Assembly: GCA_963708135.1 (NCBI GenBank)
Contig: OY970192.1
Span: forward strand, 3,954,529-4,018,528
From: an uncultured Gemmatimonadales bacterium
GTDB lineage: Bacteria > Gemmatimonadota > Gemmatimonadetes > Longimicrobiales > RSA9
Reading direction: 5' to 3'
Length of the DNA: 64,000 bases
Shown here: positions 37,996-45,399 of the stretch, one piece after another
Position numbering within the stretch: position 1 is the stretch's first letter
Layout of the letters: each line of letters begins with the position of its first letter
Notes under the pieces: generated by a model
Told to the model about the DNA's origin: nothing
Database searches by the model: none
What the model saw: only the letters and a program-made list of their open reading frames with translations
Position numbers and translations under genes: made by a program

Positions 37996-38940
37996 ATGGC
38001 ACGACTCTCCGAGGAGCAGCTCAAGCAGAAGGTCCAGGATGGCTACATCCTCGAGTCGCCGGACGAGATGACGGACGGCTACCGCAAGGCGCTCATCGTA
38101 CAGCTCCTCGTCCAGGGCGACACGGAGCTCATCAGCGCGCCCGCCTACTGGATGGCCGCGCAGGATGCGCCGTCCACGAACACCCAGGTCTCCGCCGTCG
38201 CGATCATCCAGGATGAGCTGGCGCACGCCAACATCGCCTATCGGATCCTCGAGGACCTCGGGCTGGACAAGGAGCAGCTCGTCTACGGCCGCGAGCCGCA
38301 CGAGTTCAAGCACCCCTACGGTTTCGACCAGCCCCTGGAGAGCTGGGTGGAGCTCGTCACGGCCAACGGCTTCTTCGATCGCGCGGGCATCACGCTGCTC
38401 TCGGACGTGTACAAGAACACCTCCTACGGGCCGCTCAAGCGGGCCCTCGTCAAGGTGGACCTCGAGGAGACGTTCCACCTGCGCCACGGCGAGGTATGGA
38501 TGAAGCGGCTCGCGCAGGCGGGAGGTGAGGCGCGCGAGAAGCTGCAGCGGGCGGTCGATTGGATGTTCCCGATGACGATCGAGTGGTTCGGCCTGCCGGA
38601 CGAGATGAAACGTCACAGCGGGCAGCTCGAGTACCGGCTGAAGGGACTCACGAACGACCAGCTCCGGCAGGTCTGGATGTCCTCCACCGTGCCGCTCTGC
38701 GAGTCGCTCGATCTGGATGTCCCCGCTCACTGGGATGAGGAGGAGCAGCGGTACGTGCTCGACTATCCCTTCCCCTGCCGCTACGACGCGTCGGAGAAGC
38801 GCTGGCTCTTCGAGCAGGGCCAGATCACGTGGGACCAGGTCTTCGAGCGCTGGAGGGCGCGCGGCCCGATGAACGAGCGCTACGTCGAGAGCGTCCGCCG
38901 CAGCCACGCGCCGATGAACCGGATGCTGAACGCCGCGTGA
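37996..38940 (+). CDS. paaA: 1,2-phenylacetyl-CoA epoxidase subunit A
   Basis: 314 aa. Di-iron ferritin-like motifs (IIQDELAHANIAY, DLEETFHLRHGEVW) and the overall PaaA-like sequence DGYRKALIVQLLVQGDTELISAPAYW. Confidence 0.9.
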   Translation: MARLSEEQLKQKVQDGYILESPDEMTDGYRKALIVQLLVQGDTELISAPAYWMAAQDAPSTNTQVSAVAIIQDELAHANIAYRILEDLGLDKEQLVYGREPHEFKHPYGFDQPLESWVELVTANGFFDRAGITLLSDVYKNTSYGPLKRALVKVDLEETFHLRHGEVWMKRLAQAGGEAREKLQRAVDWMFPMTIEWFGLPDEMKRHSGQLEYRLKGLTNDQLRQVWMSSTVPLCESLDLDVPAHWDEEEQRYVLDYPFPCRYDASEKRWLFEQGQITWDQVFERWRARGPMNERYVESVRRSHAPMNRMLNAA

Positions 38941-39332
38941 GCGCTCCGGGCGAGGTTTCCCGCTCCAACTCCGCGGGCGTGAGCGAGGCCGCGGGAGCCC
39001 GGCCCGCCACCGGCGCCATCGAGCCGGGCTCGGAGGCGCTCTGGCAGGCGCTGCGGGAGGTGAACGATCCCGAGTTTCCGATCAGCCTCGTGGACCTCGG
39101 CCTGGTCTACGGTATCCGCCGCGCCGGCCCGCTCGTGGAGGTGGACCTCACCTTCACGGCCACGGCCTGTCCCTGCATGGACTTCATCGAGGAGGACGTG
39201 CGAAATCGGCTGCTCGAGGAGCCCGGCGTCGAACGGGTCGAGATCCGCCAGGTGTGGGATCCGCCCTGGACGCGCGAGCGGATGACTGAAGAAGGAAGGG
39301 CCGCGCTGCGCCGCTGCGGCGTCGCCGCCTAG
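38937..39332 (+). CDS. paaD: PaaD-like N-terminal (DUF59/MIP18-type) domain protein
   Basis: 131 aa. The GTG start overlaps the paaA stop (GTGA). The sequence LWQALREVNDPEFPISLVDLGLVYGI...FTATACPCMDFIEEDVRNRL...VWDPPWTRERMTEEGRAAL aligns by eye with the first ~115 aa of E. coli PaaD. Confidence 0.75.
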   Translation: MSAPGEVSRSNSAGVSEAAGARPATGAIEPGSEALWQALREVNDPEFPISLVDLGLVYGIRRAGPLVEVDLTFTATACPCMDFIEEDVRNRLLEEPGVERVEIRQVWDPPWTRERMTEEGRAALRRCGVAA

Positions 39333-39362
39333 CCCCGCGCCCCGAAACCCGAGCCCCGAGCC

Positions 39363-39566
39363 ATGGTCTACGAGGTCTTCGCACGCAAGAGCCGCGGCGA
39401 GCCGCTGCGCCACATCGGCAACCTCAACGCGCCCGACGACGAGCTCGCGCGCGTGTACGCCTACAACACCTACGACGAGGAGAAGTGGTTCGACATGTGG
39501 ATCGCGCCGCGTGACCGCTTCCTCGAGGTGTTCAACGTCGACCGCGCCGCCGGGACGCCTTTCTGA
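39363..39566 (+). CDS. paaB: 1,2-phenylacetyl-CoA epoxidase subunit B
   Basis: 67 aa: MVYEVFARKSRGEPLRHIGNLNAPDDELARVYAYNTYDEEKWFDMWIAPRD. Confidence 0.9.
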   Translation: MVYEVFARKSRGEPLRHIGNLNAPDDELARVYAYNTYDEEKWFDMWIAPRDRFLEVFNVDRAAGTPF

Positions 39567-40369
39567 TGGCGACGACGCCGACCGCCGACGCCGCGTCGGA
39601 CCTCCAGCCGCCGGTGCGTGAGGCGCTCCGCGACCTTATCCTCGTCCTCGCCGACAGCAAGCGCCTCCTCGGCACCCGGTACGCCGAGTGGATCCTGGGT
39701 GCGCCCGAGCTCGAGACCGGCATCGCCTGCGCTTCGATGGCCCAGGACGAGTGGGGGCACGGCCGTCTCTTCTACGCCATGCTCAAGGACTTCGGCGAGG
39801 ATCCCGGACCGCTGGAGCACGACCGGGAGCCGGCGGACTATCGCAGCCTCGAGCCGCTCGACCGCGAGCCGGACGGCTGGCCCGACGTCGTCGCCCTTTT
39901 CGCGCTCGCCGATGCCGCCCTCTCCGCCCAGATCGAGGCGCTCCGCGGCTCGGCCTACGCGCCGCTCCGCCAGCGCGTGGAGAAGCTGCTGGTCGAGGAG
40001 CGCTTCCACGCCGCCCATGGCGCCGCCTGGGTCCACCGCCTGGCCGGCACGGAGGACGCCCGCGCTGCCCTCGCGGCGTCCTGCCGCGCCATGCTGCCCT
40101 CCCTCGCACGCTGGTTCGGGCCCGACTCCGAGCGCGCCCGCGCGCTCGTCCAGGCCGGCATTGCCGATGCCGCGGGTGGGGCACTCCGTGCCCGCTTTTA
40201 CGAACGCGTCGCCCCGCTGCTCGCCGCGGTCGGCGTCGAGACCACGACCGCCGAACCCGACTTCGACGGCTTCGATGAGGGCGCCCGTCGCGGCCATGCC
40301 GGCGCCCCCGATGCCGCGACCATCGCCCACGTGCGCGGCGACCTGAACCGCGCTTTCCTGATGGACTGA
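39566..40369 (+). CDS. paaC: 1,2-phenylacetyl-CoA epoxidase subunit C
   Basis: 267 aa. The ATG overlaps the paaB stop (TGATG). Motifs: LILVLADSKRLLGTRYAEWILGAPELETGIACASMAQDEWGH and EERFHAAHG. Confidence 0.85.
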   Translation: MATTPTADAASDLQPPVREALRDLILVLADSKRLLGTRYAEWILGAPELETGIACASMAQDEWGHGRLFYAMLKDFGEDPGPLEHDREPADYRSLEPLDREPDGWPDVVALFALADAALSAQIEALRGSAYAPLRQRVEKLLVEERFHAAHGAAWVHRLAGTEDARAALAASCRAMLPSLARWFGPDSERARALVQAGIADAAGGALRARFYERVAPLLAAVGVETTTAEPDFDGFDEGARRGHAGAPDAATIAHVRGDLNRAFLMD

Positions 40370-40371
40370 CC

Positions 40372-40572
40372 GTGGCCGACCTGCACGACCCCGCCGACAC
40401 CGCCGCCCGCATGGGCCTGCCCGTCGCCGTCCGCTGCCCCTTCTGCGAGCGCGACGATACCGAGCTCCATTCCCCGTTCGGCTCCGCGCTGTCCGTCGCC
40501 ACCTACTGGTGCCGTCGCTGCCACACCGCCTTCGAGTGGTTCAAGTGGGGCGCCGAAGCCGGAAATAAGTAG
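40372..40572 (+). CDS. Zinc-ribbon protein corresponding to the C-terminal part of PaaD
   Basis: 66 aa with a GTG start 2 nt after the paaC stop. VRCPFCERDDTELHSPFGSALSVATYWCRRCHTAFEWFKW parallels the E. coli PaaD tail VRCPRCASVHTTLISEFGSTACKALYRCDSCREPFDYFKC. Confidence 0.7.
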   Translation: MADLHDPADTAARMGLPVAVRCPFCERDDTELHSPFGSALSVATYWCRRCHTAFEWFKWGAEAGNK

Positions 40573-40944
40573 CGAGCCTCGCAACAAAGATCCCGCCCTT
40601 TCGGGTATCTTCGGGATCCCCGGCGCGCTCCCCGACAAGCCTGCAAGCTACTTCCAGTCCACGATTTGAGCCTCCGTTCCATCACCTCCCCGGCACCGGG
40701 AACGTGCCTTGCCCCACCGCCGGGCCGGGAGTGACGAAGCTCCCTGACAGTGCGGAAGCGACGCAGCTTCGCAACAAGACATGGACGCTGCTCAGAGCAA
40801 AGCCGCCGAAAGGCGGTGGCGCAGAGCCACGGGGCTACAGCGGTTCAGGCCGCCATGTCCGCCGGGCCGCCAGCGATTCGACACCATCGTCGAGGCTGGT
40901 GGCCCGTTGCGTTACCGGCCCGACCGCACCCGGAGGAGTGATCC

Positions 40945-41091
40945 ATGGGCAGTGCAGTCGGAATCCTCCTGATGTTGTGCCTGCCCCTGATGGTGAGCTT
41001 CATCGTCATCTGCCTCACGGCCGCGAAGGCGCTCTACAACGAGCAGGAGCGCCTGGTCACGCTCTCACGGAGCGAGGCAACGACGAGCTGA
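40945..41091 (+). CDS. Small hydrophobic protein (48 aa), below the ORF-track cutoff
   Basis: The ATG at 40945 lies 7 nt after GGAGGAG. It encodes MGSAVGILLMLCLPLMVSFIVICLTAAKALYNEQERLVTLSRSEATTS, one TM helix plus a polar tail. Third codon positions are GC-rich like the host genes. Confidence 0.4.
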   Translation: MGSAVGILLMLCLPLMVSFIVICLTAAKALYNEQERLVTLSRSEATTS

Positions 41092-41267
41092 TCCGGCCGC
41101 CTCACGAGCACCGGGGGTACGCCCCTCCAAAGTTGGCCGCCGCGCCGGGTCGACGAGGAAAAGCGACGACTCCCACCGGCCGTAACTCCGCGGGCCTCGC
41201 AAACCCGCGCTCGCCCCACCACCGACTCTACCGGACTGCTTGCTCCCGGTGCCGGGGCCCGGATCTC

Positions 41268-41300
41268 GCGGCGGCTCTCGATTCCTTCGAGGGCCGCCGC
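41268..41300. terminator. GC hairpin between the convergent small ORF and the epimerase gene
   Basis: GCGGCGGCTCTCGA, loop ttcc, TTCGAGGGCCGCCGC. The stem has one mismatch and there is no U-tract. Confidence 0.35.
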
Positions 41301-41349
41301 TCGCTCATCCGCCTCCCACCATCCTCTGCTCTGCTCACCGCGATCCCAA

Positions 41350-42346
41350 TCAGGCGCGGCCGCGCCGGTCCTGGAACCAGCGAACGGTCGGGGGCAGCCC
41401 TTCGTCCAGGCAGCGGGGCGTCCAGCCGAGTTCGCGCGTCGCCTTGTCGTGGGAGTGGAGCCAGCGCAGCCCGGCCGCGGTGGCGGCGTTCTCGCGCGAG
41501 ATCGGAAACCGAAGGCCGGTGGCGCGGGAGAGCACGTCCAGCAGGACGCCGGTCCAGCGGACGAGTGGAGCCGGAAAGCGCAGGCGCGGCGGCCGCTTCC
41601 CGGCGAGTGCCACCACGCGGCCCGCGAAGTCGTCCAGCCTGGCGGGCTCGCCCGAGAGGACGTAGGTCTCCCCAGCCACACCGCGCTCGCCCGCCGCGAG
41701 GAGTCCATCCACCACGTCATCCACGTGGACGTACGAGAACCAGGAGGGGATGGAGCGGGAATCCGGGGATCCGTCCCGCCAGCAGGTCCTTCACGAAGCG
41801 GCCGTTCGGCCCCTCGTCTCCGGGCCCGTACACGTTGGCCGGCGCCACGATCACGACCGGAAGCCCCCGGCGCTGGGCTGCCACCGCGAGCCGGTGCGCC
41901 GCCGTCTTCGTCCGCTCGTATTCGGAGGTGAAGCGCGGGCCGTGCTCGGAGCCCTCATCTCCCTCGCCCGCGGCCACAGGTCCGAGCGCCACGGTAGTCG
42001 AGACGTGGACCACGCGCGCGGTGCCGGCGCCCTCGATGGCCGCCAGGAAGACGCGCGTTCCCTCGACGTTCGTGCGCCGCATCGCCGCCGCGTCCACCAC
42101 GCCGATGTCGTAGTACCCGGCCAGATGGTACGCCAGCTCCGCGCCGGCGAGGCCCCGCGCCACGGCCGCCTCGTCCCATGTCTCCCCGACGAACAGCTCG
42201 GCGCCCAGGCGCTCCAACTCGCCGGTCCGCGAGGTGGGCCTCACCAGACAGCGCAGCCCGGCCCCTCCCTCCGCCAACCGGCGGGCCAGCCGCGTGCCGA
42301 TGAACCCCGTCGCCCCCGTCAGAAACACCAGCCGCCGGTCCGCCAT
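41350..42346 (-). pseudogene. NAD-dependent epimerase/dehydratase (SDR) family, frame broken by one extra base
   Basis: The N-terminal frame reads MADRRLVFLTGATGFIGTRLARRL...YERTK...GRIPGFPLHP. The C-terminal frame reads SWFSYVHVDDVVDGLLAAGERG...TRELGWTP. Removing one G from the run at 41746-41749 gives GFPLHPSWFSYVHVDD. Confidence 0.8.
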
Positions 42347-42355
42347 CGCTGCCGC

Positions 42356-42694
42356 TCAGTCCCCGACCGCGAACCACCCGATGCCGACCGGCCGCCCCTC
42401 GTCCGTGGCATCCGCCTCCGAGATCACCACGTCCAGCTCTCGCTTCTTCTCCAGCGACGCCTGCGTCGCTCGCCCGCCCGTCACCGACAGCGCCCGAACC
42501 TCCACCTCTCGCGGCGTGCCGTCCGGCGCCAGGAGGCGCAGCCGCTTGCCCGGCTCGAGCACACCCAGCTGCGGCCGCCCCTGCAGCAGCCGCAGCCGCA
42601 GCAGATACCCTCGCAGCGGGACCGGCAGCACATCCGATACCCGGAACCGAAAGCCCCCGGCCTCGCCGCCGTCCGTGCCTGTTGTCATGATCAT
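42356..42694 (-). CDS. Hypothetical protein (112 aa)
   Basis: From the ATG at 42694: MIMTTGTDGGEAGGFRFRVSDVLPVPLRGYLLRLRLLQGRPQLGVLEPGKRLRLLAPDGTPREVEV... Composition is beta-rich. I recognise no family. Confidence 0.45.
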   Translation of the reverse strand: MIMTTGTDGGEAGGFRFRVSDVLPVPLRGYLLRLRLLQGRPQLGVLEPGKRLRLLAPDGTPREVEVRALSVTGGRATQASLEKKRELDVVISEADATDEGRPVGIGWFAVGD

Positions 42695-42804
42695 CCATCG
42701 CCTGGATCGGGTCCGCTCCCGCCTCCCGCGGCGGGGCGAGTGGAGGGTAGCGCGGGCGGGCGGCCGCGTCAATCGACGACGCGGCTGCCCCCGTCCCGGC
42801 GCTC

Positions 42805-42833
42805 TTGACTTGGCGCGGGGCCGCGTCTAACGT
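42805..42833 (+). promoter_or_regulatory. Candidate sigma-70-type promoter
   Basis: TTGACT (42805-42810), a 17-nt spacer, then TAACGT (42828-42833). No plus-strand gene lies upstream. A terminator follows about 65 nt downstream. Confidence 0.4.
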
Positions 42834-42898
42834 TGTGCGCGGGGTTGGCCGAAGTCGGTCCCACCATGCATCGCGGGGAGTCGTCCTTCGGGAAAGCC

Positions 42899-42928
42899 GG
42901 ACCTGCGTAACGACGCAGGTCCTTTTTT
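42899..42928 (+). terminator. Canonical intrinsic terminator (or attenuator) upstream of csp
   Basis: GGACCTGCGT, loop aacg, ACGCAGGTCC: a perfect 10-bp stem followed directly by TTTTTT. It lies 110 nt upstream of the csp ATG. Confidence 0.8.
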
Positions 42929-43037
42929 CATGCGTGGGCCGCCGACGCGGACGGGCGGTGGATCGGTCCGAGGGTACGGGACATCGCACCGTCCCCGTGA
43001 CAGGTTTCCAGTCCAGTTCTACTCAGGAGCAAGGGCG

Positions 43038-43340
43038 ATGGCTCGCACCACAGGCACCGTGAAATGGTTCTCGCAGGAGAAGGGCTACGGGTTTCTCCAG
43101 CGGGAGGGCGGACCGGACGTGTTCGTGCACTACAGCGCGATCGAGGGCTCCGGCTTCAAGGTCCTCTACGAGGGGGAGGAGGTGGAGTTCGACGTCGTCG
43201 AGGAGGCCAAGGGCCCCAAGGCCGCGAACGTCGTCCGCCTGAACCCGCCCGCCGAGGCCCCGCGCCGCGGTGGCGAGAGCCGGCCCGGCGGCACGGGCCG
43301 CGGCGACTACAGTGCCGGGCGCGGCGAGCCCCGCTACTAG
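43038..43340 (+). CDS. Cold-shock domain protein with C-terminal Arg/Gly-rich extension
   Basis: 100 aa from the ATG at 43038 after [35 protein letters not shown] carries the RNP1 and RNP2 motifs. The tail reads [26 protein letters not shown]. Confidence 0.9.
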   Translation: MARTTGTVKWFSQEKGYGFLQREGGPDVFVHYSAIEGSGFKVLYEGEEVEFDVVEEAKGPKAANVVRLNPPAEAPRRGGESRPGGTGRGDYSAGRGEPRY

Positions 43341-43504
43341 TGGACCGCATCTGAAGTTCGGTGAGCACCGAGCCGGCGGAGCGGGCGCGAAGCGCAAGGC
43401 GCGAGGAGGAAGGAATAGCAGCGCTATTTCGACGACGAGCAACGCGGCGGGTCGCGTCCGATCCGCCGGCGAATGCCATCGCTACTTCGGATACGGTCCA
43501 CTAG
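43337..43504 (+). other. 168-nt element closed by a 21-bp long-range inverted repeat with nested helices (structured RNA or MITE-like element)
   Basis: CTAGTGGACCGCATCTGAAGT (43337-43357) pairs with ACTTCGGATACGGTCCACTAG (43484-43504), with 1 mismatch and 1 G-U. Nested inside are TCGGTG-ag-CACCGA (43358-43371), GCCGGCGGA (43372-43380) with TCCGCCGGC (43462-43470), GGGCGCGA (43383-43390) with TCGCGTCC (43452-43459), and AATAGC-agc-GCTATT (43414-43428). Confidence 0.4.
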
Positions 43505-43549
43505 GGCGCCCCCGCAGCGACCACCGTCTTTCGTCCAGCGCGCGGACAG

Positions 43550-43586
43550 GCGCCCGCGAGGCCACGCCTCGCGGGCGCTTCGTCTT
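43550..43586 (+). terminator. Intrinsic terminator candidate downstream of csp and the structured element
   Basis: GCGCCCGCGAGGC, loop cac, GCCTCGCGGGCGC: 13 complementary positions. TTCGTCTT follows. Confidence 0.6.
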
Positions 43587-43619
43587 GCGCGCACGGCCCC
43601 GGTCCGCTCCTTTGCGCCC

Positions 43620-45059
43620 ATGGATGACGACGCTGCCTCCCGGCGCCCTGGCGCGCCCCTCGAGATCGACCCCGAGCGAATGCGCCGCATGGGCTACGAG
43701 GTCGTGGACTACTTGGTCGAGCGCGTTGCCGGACTGGACGCCGACCGCGCGTGGAGCCGGCGCGACCGCGCCGCCCTGGCACCCCACCTCTCCGGCCCGG
43801 CACCCGAAGGGCCGACCGGGTTCGAGACCCTGCTCCGACAGTTGCGCGATGACGTGCTCGCCTTCACTGCGCGCATCGACCATCCCCGCTTCATGGCTTT
43901 CGTCCCCGGCGCCGGCACCTGGCCGGGGATCCTCGCGGACTTTCTGGCGGCCGGGCACAACGTCTTCCAGGGGACCTGGCTTGCGTCCTCCGGTCCCAGC
44001 GCCGTCGAGTTGGTCGTCCTCGACTGGTTCCGCACCTGGCTCGGCTGCCCCGAACAGGCCGCTGGTCTCCTCGTCAGCGGAGGCTCCGCCGCCAACCTGA
44101 CCGCCCTCGCCTGCGCCCGCGACAGCCGCCTCGGCGGCCACGATCCCGACGCCGTGATCTACGCCTCCGACCAGGTCCACTCCTCCGCACTGCGAGCCGC
44201 GCGCATCCTCGGCTTCAGGCCAGAGCAGCTGCGCGTCCTCCCCGCCGACCAGGCGTTCCGCCTCCCCGTCGCCGCCCTCGAGGCCGCGATCGCCGCCGAC
44301 CGGGGCGCCGGCCGCCGGCCGTTCCTCGTCATTGCGAGCGCGGGCACCACCAGCACTGGCGCCGTGGACCCGCTCCCCGAGCTCCGGCGACTCTGCGATG
44401 CACAGGATCTCTGGCTGCACGTGGACGCAGCCTACGGCGGCTTCGCGGTCCTCACGGAGCGAGGCCGCGCCGCGCTGCCTGGCATCGGTGCCGCCGACTC
44501 CATCACTCTCGATCCACACAAGTGGCTGTACCAGCCGTTCGAGGCCGGCTGCCTCCTCGTCCGCGACGGGGCCGCCCTCGTCCAGACCTTCCACGTCATG
44601 CCCGACTATCTCCAGGACACCGCCGTGGGCGGGCGGGAGGTCAATTTCGCCGACCGCGGCCTGCAGCTGACCCGCGCCGCTCGCGCGCTGAAGATCTGGA
44701 CCTCCATCCGCCACTTCGGTCTGGATGCCTTCCGACGCACCATCGATGGCTGCATCGATCTCGCGCTGCACGCCGAGGAGGTCATCCGCCGGACCCCCTC
44801 GCTCGAGCTGCTCGCCCCCGCCGCCCTCGGCGTGGTCTGCTTCCGCCGGCGCGGCGCGCCGGGCCAGGATGAAGCGGAGGTCGAGGCTGCCAATGCGGCG
44901 CTGCTCCGCCGCATCCTCGACAGCGGCCTCGCGATGGCCTCCTCCACCCGGCTCCGCGGAATCTACGCGCTGCGTCTCTGCATCCTGAACTTCCGGACGA
45001 CCGAGGCCAATGTGGACCGCGTCCTGCATTGGTTCGCCGGGGCGGCGCTGGAGGAGTGA
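43620..45059 (+). CDS. Pyridoxal-dependent (group II, aromatic-L-amino-acid type) decarboxylase
   Basis: 479 aa from the ATG at 43620. Motifs: HPRFMAFVPG, SGGSAANLTALACAR, LHVDAAYGG, and ITLDPHKWLYQP (PLP lysine). Confidence 0.9.
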   Translation: MDDDAASRRPGAPLEIDPERMRRMGYEVVDYLVERVAGLDADRAWSRRDRAALAPHLSGPAPEGPTGFETLLRQLRDDVLAFTARIDHPRFMAFVPGAGTWPGILADFLAAGHNVFQGTWLASSGPSAVELVVLDWFRTWLGCPEQAAGLLVSGGSAANLTALACARDSRLGGHDPDAVIYASDQVHSSALRAARILGFRPEQLRVLPADQAFRLPVAALEAAIAADRGAGRRPFLVIASAGTTSTGAVDPLPELRRLCDAQDLWLHVDAAYGGFAVLTERGRAALPGIGAADSITLDPHKWLYQPFEAGCLLVRDGAALVQTFHVMPDYLQDTAVGGREVNFADRGLQLTRAARALKIWTSIRHFGLDAFRRTIDGCIDLALHAEEVIRRTPSLELLAPAALGVVCFRRRGAPGQDEAEVEAANAALLRRILDSGLAMASSTRLRGIYALRLCILNFRTTEANVDRVLHWFAGAALEE

Positions 45060-45117
45060 CCCCGCGCGCGGGCGGGTTGACTTCCGCGCCTGCCGCTTCC
45101 CTGTTGGAGGAGAGATC

Positions 45118-45399
45118 ATGCCGGACATCACATGCGTCCGCTGCGGCGAGACCGCGCCCCAGCTCCCCAGGCCACCTCTTCGCAACGAGCTCGGCCAGCG
45201 CATCTTCGAGTCCATCGGCGAGCGCTGCTGGGGCGAGTGGCTCCGCTACCAGACCGCCCTCATCAATCATCACGGGCTGGATGTCCGCGACGCGGACGCC
45301 AAGGAGTTCCTCACCGCCAACATGGAGGGGTTCCTCTTCAAGAAGGGCGGGGAGACCGAGGACATCGACACCTCCCAGCAGGGGAACGTTACATGGTGA
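45118..45399 (+). CDS. yggX: YggX-like Fe(2+)-trafficking / oxidative-damage protection protein
   Basis: 93 aa from the ATG at 45118 after GGAGGAGAG. ELGQRIFESIGERCWGEWLRYQTALINHHGLDVRDADAKEFLTANMEGFLF parallels E. coli YggX. Confidence 0.8.
   Translation: MPDITCVRCGETAPQLPRPPLRNELGQRIFESIGERCWGEWLRYQTALINHHGLDVRDADAKEFLTANMEGFLFKKGGETEDIDTSQQGNVTW

Noticed and set aside
40573-41340. A possible tmRNA, RNase P RNA or SRP RNA in the long non-coding stretch after the paa cluster. Fragments such as GGGGCTAC..., CAGAGCAAAGCCGCC and ...CTCCCACCA caught my eye.
   Set aside because: The universally conserved cores are absent. There is no GAGGAAAGTCCGGGC or ACAGAA..GGCTTA for RNase P. There is no T-arm GGTTCGAATCC-type loop, acceptor pairing or ANDxxALAA-type tag frame for tmRNA. 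There is no GGAAGCAGCC-type SRP domain IV. The resemblances are short and scattered.
42899-42928. A guanidine-II (mini-ykkC) style ACGR-loop hairpin upstream of csp.
   Set aside because: There is only one hairpin. Its loop is AACG in a 10-bp stem followed by T6, which fits a plain intrinsic terminator. The required second ACGR hairpin is absent.
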